Assembly: GCA_020697715.1 (NCBI GenBank)
Contig: JAEHCO010000001.1
Coordinates: 352,001-416,000 of the forward strand
Direction of reading: 5' to 3'
Length of the DNA stretch: 64,000 nucleotides
Source of the DNA: Methanobacteriota archaeon
Lineage (GTDB): Archaea; Thermoplasmatota; Thermoplasmata; SG8-5; JAGLSY01
This document shows positions 38,342 through 48,417 of the stretch, one piece after another. The notes beneath the pieces were generated by a model that did not search any database, had not been told where the DNA came from, and saw nothing but the letters and a program-made list of their open reading frames with translations. Numbering within the stretch: the first letter of the stretch is position 1; every line of letters begins with the position of its first letter. Both the position numbers and the translations under genes were made by a program.

Positions 38342-39115
38342 TCAATCTGGGCTCAGGTCCTCGCCACCGAAGAAAAGCATCTGGACATAATTGTAGAGAT
38401 CCTCCATGCCCTCCATTTCCATTGAAGATATTGGAATGAGATCTCGATGTATGGAGAAACTTTCCATCGCCCTCAGGAATTCTATAGCTGCCAGAGGTTT
38501 GGATGATTCCATATTCTCATACAATGAGCTCATCAACATATCAGGCTCCTTGGCCCATTCTACCATCTGATTAAGATCTTCTATATCGACCGTGTCCGAC
38601 TTCCCAATGATATTGAGCAATGGCACATTGAACCTGGAATGGATGGATGACGATAATAGGAATAGTGAAACCAGGCCGGTGGGGTCCTTGGCCACCATGG
38701 GATCCATAATGTACGCGAGAACACTCTGGCCGGTTTGGAATGAGTTGACAAACACTTCACTTGCTTTCCTGAAAGCGAAAAGCTCGATCTGGCCAGGTGT
38801 GTCTATGAGTACGTAATCTGATCTGAAAGTGCCGATGGTCTCGACTATCTCGTGAAAATGCACAGCCGCGAGATCCGCGCATGCGACCTGAGCGCCATTG
38901 GGCCCCAGGCCGTATTCTTCCATCACCTCGGGAACCGATACCCAATCTCGAATGTCCACATCTGGCTGATATCCGAGTTTGTCCACACCTGGATCTAGAT
39001 TCACGGTTATCGCGTTCAAACCCCTTTCCTCCGCCCAGTGCTTGTATGCCTGGGTGAGTGTGCTTTTTCCGGATCCTGCTGTTCCGATGAAGTATATTCT
39101 GGTTTCTTCTGCCAT
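38342..39115 (-). CDS. GPN-loop GTPase
   Basis: GTAGSGKST, VNLDPG, LGPNGAQ, DTPGQIE. Confidence 0.95.
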   Translation of the reverse strand: MAEETRIYFIGTAGSGKSTLTQAYKHWAEERGLNAITVNLDPGVDKLGYQPDVDIRDWVSVPEVMEEYGLGPNGAQVACADLAAVHFHEIVETIGTFRSDYVLIDTPGQIELFAFRKASEVFVNSFQTGQSVLAYIMDPMVAKDPTGLVSLFLLSSSIHSRFNVPLLNIIGKSDTVDIEDLNQMVEWAKEPDMLMSSLYENMESSKPLAAIEFLRAMESFSIHRDLIPISSMEMEGMEDLYNYVQMLFFGGEDLSPD

Positions 39116-39181
39116 GTGATCGCCATCATCGCATTAGCCTGCCGAGTAATTAACTTTTTGCACTTAGATAATGGAGGACGA

Positions 39182-39520
39182 TCACAGGAACTTTTGGAAC
39201 TCCAGGTCCCGACCCTCAGGATCTGTGGCGAAAAAATGGTAGATATTGTATTTCTCATTCAACTGTGGCTTGGTCGTGGATATGTCCTTATGCCGGAGAT
39301 AGGCCTCATCCACCTCCTTCTCTGTTTCATAATAGAAGGTGATCATGCCATCCTTACCAGTTTTCTCACGCTGACAGAAGCCGAGCATGAGATTGTCATG
39401 CTTCAATATGACACAATCCGCTTGCTCCAGCCAGATATCCATTCCCAATTTATTGGAATAGAAATCCACGATCGTCTCAAGCTCCCTGGTACTGAAGAAT
39501 ATCAATCCTGACATTTGCAC
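39182..39520 (-). CDS. VOC/glyoxalase family protein
   Basis: FYSNKLG..YHFFATDPEGRDLEFQ. Confidence 0.85.
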   Translation of the reverse strand: MQMSGLIFFSTRELETIVDFYSNKLGMDIWLEQADCVILKHDNLMLGFCQREKTGKDGMITFYYETEKEVDEAYLRHKDISTTKPQLNEKYNIYHFFATDPEGRDLEFQKFL

Positions 39521-39618
39521 AACCTCGAGGGATAAACATTGGGAAAGTATTTTAATGTCCTCTTATTGTGGGGATTCATAATATGGCATATCTCGGTATG
39601 CTGTGATTGAAAAAGTCC

Positions 39619-39776
39619 ATATGGGCCCGTAGCAGACAGGCCCGTAAATACCAAAACAATAATATTTGGGGCTGTAATTGACCTACGTGCCCGCAAATAA
39701 GAAAACAATACAATATGGGCCCGTAGCCGACCTACGTGCCCGCAAATAAGAAAACAATACAATATGGGCCCGTAGC
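39619..39776 (+). repeat. 49-bp tandem repeat of tRNA-Lys leader plus 5' end (two near-exact and degenerate upstream units)
   Basis: GACCTACGTGCCCGCAAATAAGAAAACAATACAATATGGGCCCGTAGC at 39680 and 39729; degenerate unit 39635-39679; ATATGGGCCCGTAGC at 39619. Confidence 0.9.
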
Positions 39777-39839
39777 TTAGCTAGGTAGAGCGCCCGGCTC
39801 TTAACCGGGTGGTCTTGGGTTCGAATCCCATCGGGCTCG
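39766..39839 (+). tRNA. tRNA-Lys(CTT), intronless
   Basis: GGGCCCG/CGGGCTC acceptor, CCCGG-CTCTTAA-CCGGG, GGGTTCGAATCCC. Confidence 0.95.
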
Positions 39840-39890
39840 TATTTATTTTTTATATTTGTTAAGAGCCCTAATGCCAGTGACGTGGATTCT

Positions 39891-40001
39891 GGTGGGATTC
39901 GAATGAAGTTCGACGAGTGATTTCAATGCATACCATTGAAATCACGAGCAAGACTGGGATGCTGGAAGTAGACCAGTCGATGATCCCATCGGGCTCGTAT
40001 T
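39891..40001 (+). repeat. tRNA-anchored structured element, copy 1 (after tRNA-Lys)
   Basis: Antisense T-arm GGTGGGATTCGAA, 76-nt core 39907-39982, 19-bp direct repeat of tRNA 3' end 39983-40001 (=39825-39843). Confidence 0.85.
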
Positions 40002-40015
40002 CTTTTATTCCAAGA

Positions 40016-41056
40016 TCAAGGTTTTGCATCCTCATTTGGTAAGGGCATTCTATATGTCATCCCCAGGGGCGGATTTATTATGAAACCCATCTTCTCATAG
40101 AGCTTCATCGCGCCGTGGATGTTCTCCGTATCCACTCCAAGCGCGGCCTCGGTCATGCCCTCTTCCTTAATCCTGTGAAGTGCCTTGGCAATGAGTGCAC
40201 TGGCTAGGCCTTTCCCGCGCCAGGGCTTTGCCGTGCTGATGAACTCCACATATCCACGCTTTCTGTTATATTCCTCATTCTCCTCTTTAACTATGAATGG
40301 CTTGACCTGGCCCACCACATCATCACCATGCCAGGCGATCTGCCACAAATGTGGTTGAAATACCTTACTGCTGATGAAGCCATCAATTGCCTTGTCTCGG
40401 TCCATTTCAAAATATCCCCAGCTGTCCTTGAAAGCGTCTATATGAGTGTTAATTATCTGGCGGTAATGTTCAGGAATTACGGGTCGTAATTCCACTTCTT
40501 CTGGAAGCTCTATATTAGGAATGTTTTCAAGATCTGACCTGATCATCTCCGCGCCGTAGCGCACGATCTTGTAGCCGAGTGATTCGTGGATATTCCTTGC
40601 ATGTTTTTCAGTTTCTAGAAGTTCTGTCTCGAAAACCTTTTCTCCATCTGGGTGGGCCTTCGATTGCTCGATTATACGTTCCTGTAGATAAGATATCATT
40701 GCTTCACGAATGCCGAGATTTCTCATTTCTGGAACAATTTGTGTGACGAACCAATATCTGGTGAGACCTGATGGTTCCCTGACCCAAGAATGCCTTCCGT
40801 ATCCCACAGTCTTTTCTTCAGATTCTACAATTAACACATCCTGGCTCAGGTCGCAGTTCGGTATTCTGGGCCATCTTTTTTCCAGTTCCTCCACTGTCAC
40901 GGTCGCATCTATGCAATCTGCTTCCTTGCATTGATTGAACACATCGACGATCCCCACAAGGTCTTCTTTCCCAGCATAGTGCCTAAATTTTATATTCATA
41001 CCTTTTGAAATTCCATCATATTCGATATATCTGTGATCCGTCATCTTATCACTCAC
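40016..41056 (-). CDS. Tandem GNAT family N-acetyltransferase
   Basis: PEMRNLGI and KPWRGKGLASALI..LGVDTEN..KLYEKMGF. Confidence 0.88.
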   Translation of the reverse strand: MSDKMTDHRYIEYDGISKGMNIKFRHYAGKEDLVGIVDVFNQCKEADCIDATVTVEELEKRWPRIPNCDLSQDVLIVESEEKTVGYGRHSWVREPSGLTRYWFVTQIVPEMRNLGIREAMISYLQERIIEQSKAHPDGEKVFETELLETEKHARNIHESLGYKIVRYGAEMIRSDLENIPNIELPEEVELRPVIPEHYRQIINTHIDAFKDSWGYFEMDRDKAIDGFISSKVFQPHLWQIAWHGDDVVGQVKPFIVKEENEEYNRKRGYVEFISTAKPWRGKGLASALIAKALHRIKEEGMTEAALGVDTENIHGAMKLYEKMGFIINPPLGMTYRMPLPNEDAKP

Positions 41057-41182
41057 TGATTATCCAAATTGCTAAACCGCATATATATTAGCTGTGGAAA
41101 ATTCTGACCACTTTATAACTGGAAGTTACTGATTGGCTCATATTTTTTTATTCCATATATTGGGAAAATGTAATTATACAGA

Positions 41183-41890
41183 GTGATCGATCAAGATATT
41201 ATGGATCAGAACGGGTCTTCGAGCATCTTGGGAGTCATAATCGTCATAATGAGCGTGACTGCGGTCATAATAGCCAGTGTTTATTTGGTGGACTATGTTT
41301 CTGATGATGGAGCTTCTGAAGGATACGTGATGGAGGAAATACCAGATGATCTGGAGGACGAGATGCCATATGATGGACCTGTCATTATGCCAGATGATGA
41401 TACATCTGATGATAATGATGGATCTGGCGATACATCCGATGACCCGGTTCCAGATGATGAGCCCACTTTACCACTAGCCGCAGGTTTCACCCTACCGATA
41501 GTGGATGATGGGGGATTATTGCAGCTCTCCAGTCTCAGGGGAAAGGTCGTTGTCCTGGATTTCATGGCAACATGGTGCGCTCCCTGTGCGACCCAGATGA
41601 CGGAATTAGAGAACGTTCAGAGCGCGTATTCTGATTCCGAGGTTGTCATCTTATCTATCGATGTGGATGATAGTGAGGGAGAGGATCTTATTTCCCACTA
41701 CATAGCGAATAAGGAGATCACTTGGGATGTCCTTAGAAATGGTGGCGGAGTGGCGTCACAAGCAGGATATGAGGTGACAAGTATTCCCACTATAGTGATA
41801 ATTGACCAAGATGGTTACATAACCTACAGAAATATTGGAGTGACACAAGATTCGGAATTGATAGCGGAGATAAACGCTCTTCTTCCTTGA
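41183..41890 (+). CDS. Membrane-anchored TlpA-like thiol-disulfide oxidoreductase
   Basis: N-terminal TM, acidic linker, GKVVVLDFMATWCAPC, SIPT. Confidence 0.9.
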   Translation: MIDQDIMDQNGSSSILGVIIVIMSVTAVIIASVYLVDYVSDDGASEGYVMEEIPDDLEDEMPYDGPVIMPDDDTSDDNDGSGDTSDDPVPDDEPTLPLAAGFTLPIVDDGGLLQLSSLRGKVVVLDFMATWCAPCATQMTELENVQSAYSDSEVVILSIDVDDSEGEDLISHYIANKEITWDVLRNGGGVASQAGYEVTSIPTIVIIDQDGYITYRNIGVTQDSELIAEINALLP

Positions 41891-41963
41891 TAGTAAATCT
41901 ATATATCAAGAACAGGAGAGTATTTAATCTACCATCTGCATGATCATCACTTGAGGAGATATC

Positions 41964-42440
41964 ATGACAAAAGTTCTAATCGTATATTATTCAAGATCTG
42001 GGAACACGGAGAAAATGGCGGAGATGATTGGATCAGCTATTGAGAATGAAGGTGTGACCGTGGATTTGAAGACAGCTGAGGAGGCCATGCCGGAAGATAT
42101 GGTAAAGGCCGATGGTATTATCGTGGGTTCACCAGTGTATTATGGCAGTATGGCTGCCGAGTTGAAGGGATTTTTTGATGAGAGCATCAAAGTGCATGGA
42201 GATCTGGATGGTAAGATAGGTGGGGCTTTTGCTACTGCGGCCAATTCAGGGTATGAGACGACCATCAGGAATATTCACGAGGCCATGTTGGTGCATGGGA
42301 TGATAATTCAAGGAGATACGGCCAAATATCATTATGGACCAGTATCTATAAATGAACCTGGAGAGGAAGAGGAGAAGGCCTGCAAGAGATTCGGAAAGAG
42401 ATTTGCAGAACTCACTATCATGGGATGCGGATGGAAGTAA
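41964..42440 (+). CDS. Flavodoxin / WrbA-like protein
   Basis: YYSRSGNTEKMA, GSPVYYG, GKIGGAF. Confidence 0.9.
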   Translation: MTKVLIVYYSRSGNTEKMAEMIGSAIENEGVTVDLKTAEEAMPEDMVKADGIIVGSPVYYGSMAAELKGFFDESIKVHGDLDGKIGGAFATAANSGYETTIRNIHEAMLVHGMIIQGDTAKYHYGPVSINEPGEEEEKACKRFGKRFAELTIMGCGWK

Positions 42441-42501
42441 TTCAATACTTTCGCCCACCCTGGAGGAAGATAGATACCCTCACACGCTCTTACCCGGCCT
42501 G

Positions 42502-43206
42502 ATGCACGTCGAATCCGAGGAGAAGGGGATCAATATCCATAATGAATATTCACTTCATAATCTGATAAAACATCTTTATTCACTTCCTGGCGACAGGTAC
42601 GAGGTCAAGCACGATAAAGGGTATGTGATCGACCTTGTTCGTGGGGATGTGATAGTGGAGATCCAGACACGTAGCTTTTCTTCGATCAAAGGAAAGCTCG
42701 AAGACCTTGTCAAGGAACATGAAGTGAGGCTGATCCACCCGATAATCGTTAGGAAATGGGTGGTTTATGTTGATAAAGAGACTGGTAAGAGATCTGGGAA
42801 GCGGAAATCTCCTAAGATCGGCAAGGACATTGACCTTTTCAAAGAGTTGATAAGGATACCTGGCCTGGTGAAGCATCCGAATTTCAGTATCATTCTGTAT
42901 ATGGTGCTGGCCGAGGAAACTCGAATTCGTGGGGAGAAGAAGAACTGGCGTGGTCGAGGCTACAAGATACAGGATAGGAAGATCATAGGGGTGGAGGAAG
43001 TGATCAGCCTGAATCACCCTGGAGATTATACCCGGTTTTTACCAGATGACCTGGAACCCATGTTCACGAACAGGATGCTGGCTGAGGCTGCGGGAATAAG
43101 TCTCAGAGAAGCTGGATGGATCACCTATTGTATGAAAAAGATGGGGGCCATTCAGGAAGAGGGAAAAAGAGGAAGGGCTCTTTTGTTTTCGATCAAGATC
43201 CATTGA
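42502..43206 (+). CDS. PD-(D/E)XK-like nuclease-fold protein with C-terminal wHTH
   Basis: EYSLH..YEV..VIDLV..IVEIQT pattern; FTNRMLAEAAG..YCMKKMG..GKRGR. Confidence 0.6.
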   Translation: MHVESEEKGINIHNEYSLHNLIKHLYSLPGDRYEVKHDKGYVIDLVRGDVIVEIQTRSFSSIKGKLEDLVKEHEVRLIHPIIVRKWVVYVDKETGKRSGKRKSPKIGKDIDLFKELIRIPGLVKHPNFSIILYMVLAEETRIRGEKKNWRGRGYKIQDRKIIGVEEVISLNHPGDYTRFLPDDLEPMFTNRMLAEAAGISLREAGWITYCMKKMGAIQEEGKRGRALLFSIKIH

Positions 43207-43267
43207 ATTCAGGACTTTTGAGTTACAATTAAGTATCAATAATCTGTTATCTTGATGTTGAAATAAC

Positions 43268-45838
43268 ATGCCGAAACATCTGACTGTTCAAGATAAGATC
43301 ATTATTCATCTAGCTGCATATATGAGGTATGCGGAAGAGTTCGAATGTCCAGAGGAAGTCTCACAAGCAGGGATAGCTGGAGCCATTGGCAAAAGCAGAG
43401 CGCATACCACCTTGGAATTGAAGGCATTGAGAGATGCGGAACTTATATCCGAGAGAGTGTCACATGTTCGAGGAGCCAAATCCAAGAGAAAGGTGTATAA
43501 TCTCACAGCCTCCGGGATACAACTCGCCCAGAATCTTCGATCCATGATAGACGCTCTGGAGGTGAAGGTGGAGATAGATGGAGAAATATCAGAAACTGGG
43601 GGGCGCATGGCAATAGAAGAGCTGACCAACCGTGCGGGAATAACAGAGTTGGATGCTATGAACCTGATCATTGGTTCAGAGGGTGTCATAAGACCAAATG
43701 CAGCAGCCCCAGATAAAGGCCAGGCAAACAATGTGGAACAAGATAATTTACCAGAATTGAAATACTTTTTTGGTAGACGGGAAGAGCTGGAAAAGCTCGA
43801 AACCTTCCTGAAAGGAGAAGAGGTCCTTCTATCCATAACTGGAATGTCTGGTATTGGAAAAACAACACTGGCAAGGCAGATCATTGCTTCTGATAAGGGG
43901 GAGCGGAAATTCTTCTATATTCAATTGTATGGGTTTGATTCACCCATATCTTTCATCCAACAATTGGCCAGATACTTGAGTTCGGCCAATTATAAACAAT
44001 TGAGCGACTATATCGCGAACAAGATCTCACCGGATCTGAGAGAGGTCAGCTGGCTTCTTGAGGACATATTCTCAAAAGAAAGATTTGTCATGATCCTGGA
44101 TGATCTGGATGTTGTTTCAGGCTCTTTTAATGGTTTCCTAAGGATGATACACGATATTCTGAAAACATCTGGGAATTCTAAATTGATCCTTCTATCTAAC
44201 AAGCCTCCCGAGTTCTATGATAGGAGGGATGTGAACATCGAGAGATCGGTCCTGGAGATGGAATTAGCCGGGCTGGATGATGAAAGTGCCAGGGCCTTGC
44301 TTGACAAGGTCGATAAGGTGGAAGAGGAAACAAGGGCGGAATTGGTAGAGAAGGTGGGGGGACACCCGCTGGCATTGGAATTGGCAGAGGCAGGAACAGG
44401 AACTGCCAGTTTCCACGATTACATTTATGAGCAAATAATATCCAGGGACATAGAAGGGTTTGATTTCCTTTCCCTGTCATCGGTTCTGAGAATGCCTTTC
44501 AGTCCATGGGATGTCAAAGTATTTGGATTCAGCAGGGCGCAAACACTTTCTGGCAATTCATATTTTACAAAATTCGATGATGGGCTGGTGATGATACACA
44601 AAGCGGTGGCCGATGCCGTGCTCGATAAAGCCGGAGAGAAGGGCGTGAAACTGGCCCATGAACGTGCTGCCCAGTATTGCCAGGATTTCGACATAGAGCC
44701 TTCGGAGGTTCTTTATCACCAAATAGAGGCTGGAATGAATGGTCAGGCCAAGGAGATGGTGAATGATATCAGGAATTATCTTCTTTCGAACACGAATTTG
44801 GAAATGACCCTCATCATGCTGGGAAAATTGAATGACCAGCTTGGGGAAGTGGATGCCGAACTATTGGATATAATGGCCGAGGTCATGAACTTGATAGGGG
44901 ATTGGGATGGAGCATTGAACCTATCGACCACCATCGTGCAGGAGGGGTCGCCTGAGCAAAGGATCAGGGCTCTGGTACGCATTGCCAGAATAGACAATAA
45001 GAGAGGGGATTCTAAAAAAGCAATGGGAAATATCGAAGAGGCTGAGGATCTCATGTATTCTCTGGACGATCCAGTAATGGCCTCGGAGATCATGCTGACC
45101 AAGGGCATCATATTGCATGGCATTGGGGAATACAAAGATGCCATGGCCGCCTTCGGTCGATCCATTGATATATCCAAAGAGAAAGGGGATATGAAAGAAT
45201 ATCTCAGAGGGCTTATGGAACGTGGAAATATCGATATCCTCATAGGCTCTTTCAGAACTGCTGGCAAAGATTATGCACTTGCTCTGAGAACGGCAGAAGA
45301 ATTGAATAGTCAGATAGATATTGCCAGGATCAGATTGAACATGGCCCTTCTGCATATGAAGATGGATGAGCTTGAGAAAGCCTCAGAGGGCATGGAGATC
45401 GCCATATCGATAGGGAGGGAGATATGCCAGCCGAGGATAATCGGTTGGGGGCTGATAGGCATAACGGAATGCTATAATAAGATGGGAAAGCCAGAAGATT
45501 CACTTAAGCGAACCGAGGAAGCATTACAGATCTTTGAGAGTCTGGGGGCTTCCGATCTTCTTTCCGCCGTGTATTCCAATATCGGAATGGCGAAAGCATC
45601 TCTTGGTGATGGCGAGGGCGCTATTGCCAGCTTTGAAAAGAGCATTGAGCTTGTCGAGGACCTCGATGGCCCATATACACATGGCCAGAGATATCTGGAA
45701 TATGGTAAGGGAAAGCAGATTCTTGGTAATACCGAGGAAGCGAAGGAATTGCTGGCCAAGGCTCAGACCATATTTGTCGATATTGGAGCGGAAGAAGAGG
45801 CCAGGCAGATCGCGGACATCCTGAAGGATCTTCAATGA
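43268..45838 (+). CDS. wHTH-STAND ATPase-TPR protein
   Basis: SQAGIAGAIGKSRAH HTH; FFGRREEL, GMSGIGKT, ILDD, GGHPLAL; TPR array. Confidence 0.88.
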   Translation: MPKHLTVQDKIIIHLAAYMRYAEEFECPEEVSQAGIAGAIGKSRAHTTLELKALRDAELISERVSHVRGAKSKRKVYNLTASGIQLAQNLRSMIDALEVKVEIDGEISETGGRMAIEELTNRAGITELDAMNLIIGSEGVIRPNAAAPDKGQANNVEQDNLPELKYFFGRREELEKLETFLKGEEVLLSITGMSGIGKTTLARQIIASDKGERKFFYIQLYGFDSPISFIQQLARYLSSANYKQLSDYIANKISPDLREVSWLLEDIFSKERFVMILDDLDVVSGSFNGFLRMIHDILKTSGNSKLILLSNKPPEFYDRRDVNIERSVLEMELAGLDDESARALLDKVDKVEEETRAELVEKVGGHPLALELAEAGTGTASFHDYIYEQIISRDIEGFDFLSLSSVLRMPFSPWDVKVFGFSRAQTLSGNSYFTKFDDGLVMIHKAVADAVLDKAGEKGVKLAHERAAQYCQDFDIEPSEVLYHQIEAGMNGQAKEMVNDIRNYLLSNTNLEMTLIMLGKLNDQLGEVDAELLDIMAEVMNLIGDWDGALNLSTTIVQEGSPEQRIRALVRIARIDNKRGDSKKAMGNIEEAEDLMYSLDDPVMASEIMLTKGIILHGIGEYKDAMAAFGRSIDISKEKGDMKEYLRGLMERGNIDILIGSFRTAGKDYALALRTAEELNSQIDIARIRLNMALLHMKMDELEKASEGMEIAISIGREICQPRIIGWGLIGITECYNKMGKPEDSLKRTEEALQIFESLGASDLLSAVYSNIGMAKASLGDGEGAIASFEKSIELVEDLDGPYTHGQRYLEYGKGKQILGNTEEAKELLAKAQTIFVDIGAEEEARQIADILKDLQ

Positions 45839-45969
45839 TGTGTTGAAAACATCGATGGATCCAAGATCATGTCTAAAATCAACACTGTTGTGATTTGGGC
45901 TTTGTTATTGGCGATTTCATTATATATATATTCATATTAACATCTAATATCATCCCAGGAGTTGATAAA

Positions 45970-46899
45970 ATGCCAGAGACCATCATCCAAGTTAGAGATC
46001 TTGTCAAGCAATATGGTGATAATACCGCAGTCAATAGCATCAGTTTCGATGTCAATGAAGGAGAGGTATTTGCCTTTCTCGGTCCAAATGGTGCTGGCAA
46101 GACCACCACGGTGGAGATCATCGAGACCATCAGAACTGCAACTTCGGGCGACATCCAGATACTTGGAATGGATGTCAATAAGAATAGAACAGAGATTCTA
46201 AAGAGGATCGGTGTCATGCCTCAGGATTTCAGCTCCTTTGATAGGTTGACAGTGTGGGAGACCGTGCAGTACTATGCCAGGCTCTTTGGCAGTGATGTGG
46301 ATATAGATAGATTGCTCAAACTGGTAAATCTTGGCGAGGAGCGAGATAAGCATTATGTCACCCTCTCTGGCGGACTGAAGCAGAGAGTGGGGATCGCCGT
46401 GGCACTGGTCAATGATCCAGAGATAGTTTTCCTGGACGAGCCCACCACGGGTCTGGACCCACGAGCCAGGCGCGATGTATGGGAGGTCGTCAAGGATCTG
46501 AAAAAGAGAGGTAAGACCATCTTCCTTACCACTCATTACATGGAAGAGGCCGAGGTGCTGGCCGATGATGTGGCCATAATTTCCAAGGGTGATATCATCG
46601 CCCATGGATCTGTTGATGGTCTTATCGATCGATTCTGCTCCACCATCCATGTCGCGATCAAGGGAGCTGGACCCGGTGTTAAGGAGATCGCGGATGAAAT
46701 GTCGCTTGTCTCCGAATCCCTGGGAAATGGCAATGTCCAGATAGAGGCTGAGAACAATGAACAGGTCGTGGAGATCCTCAATTCTTTGAAGAACAAGAAT
46801 ATAGGATATGGCAGCGTGGACATAAGAAAGGCCAATCTGGAAGAGGTGTTTTTGGAATTGACAGGTGAGTCTCTTATTGACAAGGGGGATGCCAAATGA
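45970..46899 (+). CDS. ABC-2 type transporter ATP-binding protein
   Basis: GPNGAGKTT, LSGG, FLDEPTTGLDP. Confidence 0.95.
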   Translation: MPETIIQVRDLVKQYGDNTAVNSISFDVNEGEVFAFLGPNGAGKTTTVEIIETIRTATSGDIQILGMDVNKNRTEILKRIGVMPQDFSSFDRLTVWETVQYYARLFGSDVDIDRLLKLVNLGEERDKHYVTLSGGLKQRVGIAVALVNDPEIVFLDEPTTGLDPRARRDVWEVVKDLKKRGKTIFLTTHYMEEAEVLADDVAIISKGDIIAHGSVDGLIDRFCSTIHVAIKGAGPGVKEIADEMSLVSESLGNGNVQIEAENNEQVVEILNSLKNKNIGYGSVDIRKANLEEVFLELTGESLIDKGDAK

Positions 46900-48032
46900 A
46901 TTTCAAATTAGTGTATGCCAGTCTATCCATCACGCTCAAAGAGTTCTACAGAAGCAAGGCATCGATGTTCTTCGTTCTCCTATTTCCAATAATCCTCATG
47001 CTTCTATTCGGATTGATATTCCAGGATCAGGGGGAGACGGTGTACGACCTCCATGTCAGAGATCTGGATGGTGGTTTGAACTCACAGAATATAACGGAGA
47101 TGCTGGGCAATACTGAGATCTTCAACATAATAGAGGTTGGGGATGAGGTTGGAGATATTGATGATGCCAAAGACTATCTCACGGAGCATAAACTGAATGC
47201 CATGCTTGTGATCCCAGAAGGATACTCTGATGGGTTCGATGCCATAATGATAGATAGATTTCTGGGTATACCGACAAACGATACCGTGGATGTCGTGATG
47301 ATCTATGATCCTGCCAACACCGCGGCCATGACCAAGATCAGTATATTGAATTCCATCATGGATGGTGTTAACAAAGCGGCTACAGGTATGCCGGATGTTC
47401 TCGTGCTGGAAATGGAGACCACAGTATCTGATGATTTTGACTATATCGACTTCTTCGCACCGGGTATAATCGCCATGTCCGTCATGACCACCGCGCTCTT
47501 TGGCACTGTGACTATCAACACGGAATTAAGACAAAAGGGCATATTGAGAAAGCTGGCCACCACTCCTTTATCAAGATCCGAGTGGCTTTTGGCCAATATT
47601 CTGTATCAATTATGCATGGCGGTATTATCGACCATATCGATCATCTTGATAGGGGTGGGATTGTTCGACCTGAACCCTCATCTCAATCTGTTCCTACCAT
47701 TGTTCGTCATCCTCAATGTCTTTGCCTTTTCGGGTATAGGTATGCTCATAACACGCTTTGTTAAAGAGGCGGAGAGTGCGCATGCGGCAGCCAATGCCAT
47801 CATGTTCCCGATGATGTTCCTTTCAGGCACTTTCTTCCCATTGGAGGGTATGCCGGACTTCCTTCAGACCTTTGCCAAGGTTCTACCTCTGTACTATGTG
47901 AATGAGGGACTGAGGGCTGCGATGATCACACTGGATGAGGGTACATTGATGACAAGCACGATCGTGTTGATCGTATTGGCCATCGTGATATTCATCCTCG
48001 GCGTATTGCTCACTTCGTGGAAGCATGATTGA
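46896..48032 (+). CDS. ABC-2 type permease
   Basis: YIDFFAPGI, RQKGILRKLATTPL, FLSGTFFP. Confidence 0.93.
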   Translation: MNFKLVYASLSITLKEFYRSKASMFFVLLFPIILMLLFGLIFQDQGETVYDLHVRDLDGGLNSQNITEMLGNTEIFNIIEVGDEVGDIDDAKDYLTEHKLNAMLVIPEGYSDGFDAIMIDRFLGIPTNDTVDVVMIYDPANTAAMTKISILNSIMDGVNKAATGMPDVLVLEMETTVSDDFDYIDFFAPGIIAMSVMTTALFGTVTINTELRQKGILRKLATTPLSRSEWLLANILYQLCMAVLSTISIILIGVGLFDLNPHLNLFLPLFVILNVFAFSGIGMLITRFVKEAESAHAAANAIMFPMMFLSGTFFPLEGMPDFLQTFAKVLPLYYVNEGLRAAMITLDEGTLMTSTIVLIVLAIVIFILGVLLTSWKHD

Positions 48033-48156
48033 TGCTTCCTCGAAGTGCCAATCATGTTTCCAAAATGTAGATCATGGTAAAGATAGATCGCACTCCTGCG
48101 AACCAAATAGAAAATAATATATCCACAGGGGTATTATCGAGGAATGGTGTTAGAAC

Positions 48157-48417
48157 TTGACAAAAGGGATCGTACTCATTGTTGTTGAACCAAGCCTTGA
48201 ACTGGAAATATATGAGAAGCTATTGAAGCTCGAAGAAGTGCTGGAGGTCACACCGGTTCTTGGCACCGTGGATTTTATAGCTCGTGTTGAGGGCGTGGAT
48301 CATAATGAGGTCGCGGCCATCGTGATAAAGAAGATACGAGGGCTTAAGGGCGTTACCAGTACCAAGACCTTTATCGAGGACGAGTTCCTGAAGGAGCTGG
48401 AAGGCCTCTATAAGTGA
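48157..48417 (+). CDS. Lrp/AsnC ligand-binding (RAM) domain protein
   Basis: VLGTVDFIARV..IRGLKGVTSTKT; no HTH. Confidence 0.85.
   Translation: MTKGIVLIVVEPSLELEIYEKLLKLEEVLEVTPVLGTVDFIARVEGVDHNEVAAIVIKKIRGLKGVTSTKTFIEDEFLKELEGLYK

Noticed and set aside
39619-39776. CRISPR array or split-tRNA halves
   Set aside because: No variable spacers; only 11 nt of tRNA per unit and no BHB-forming partner.
39907-39982. Hammerhead ribozyme
   Set aside because: No CUGANGA core found on either strand.
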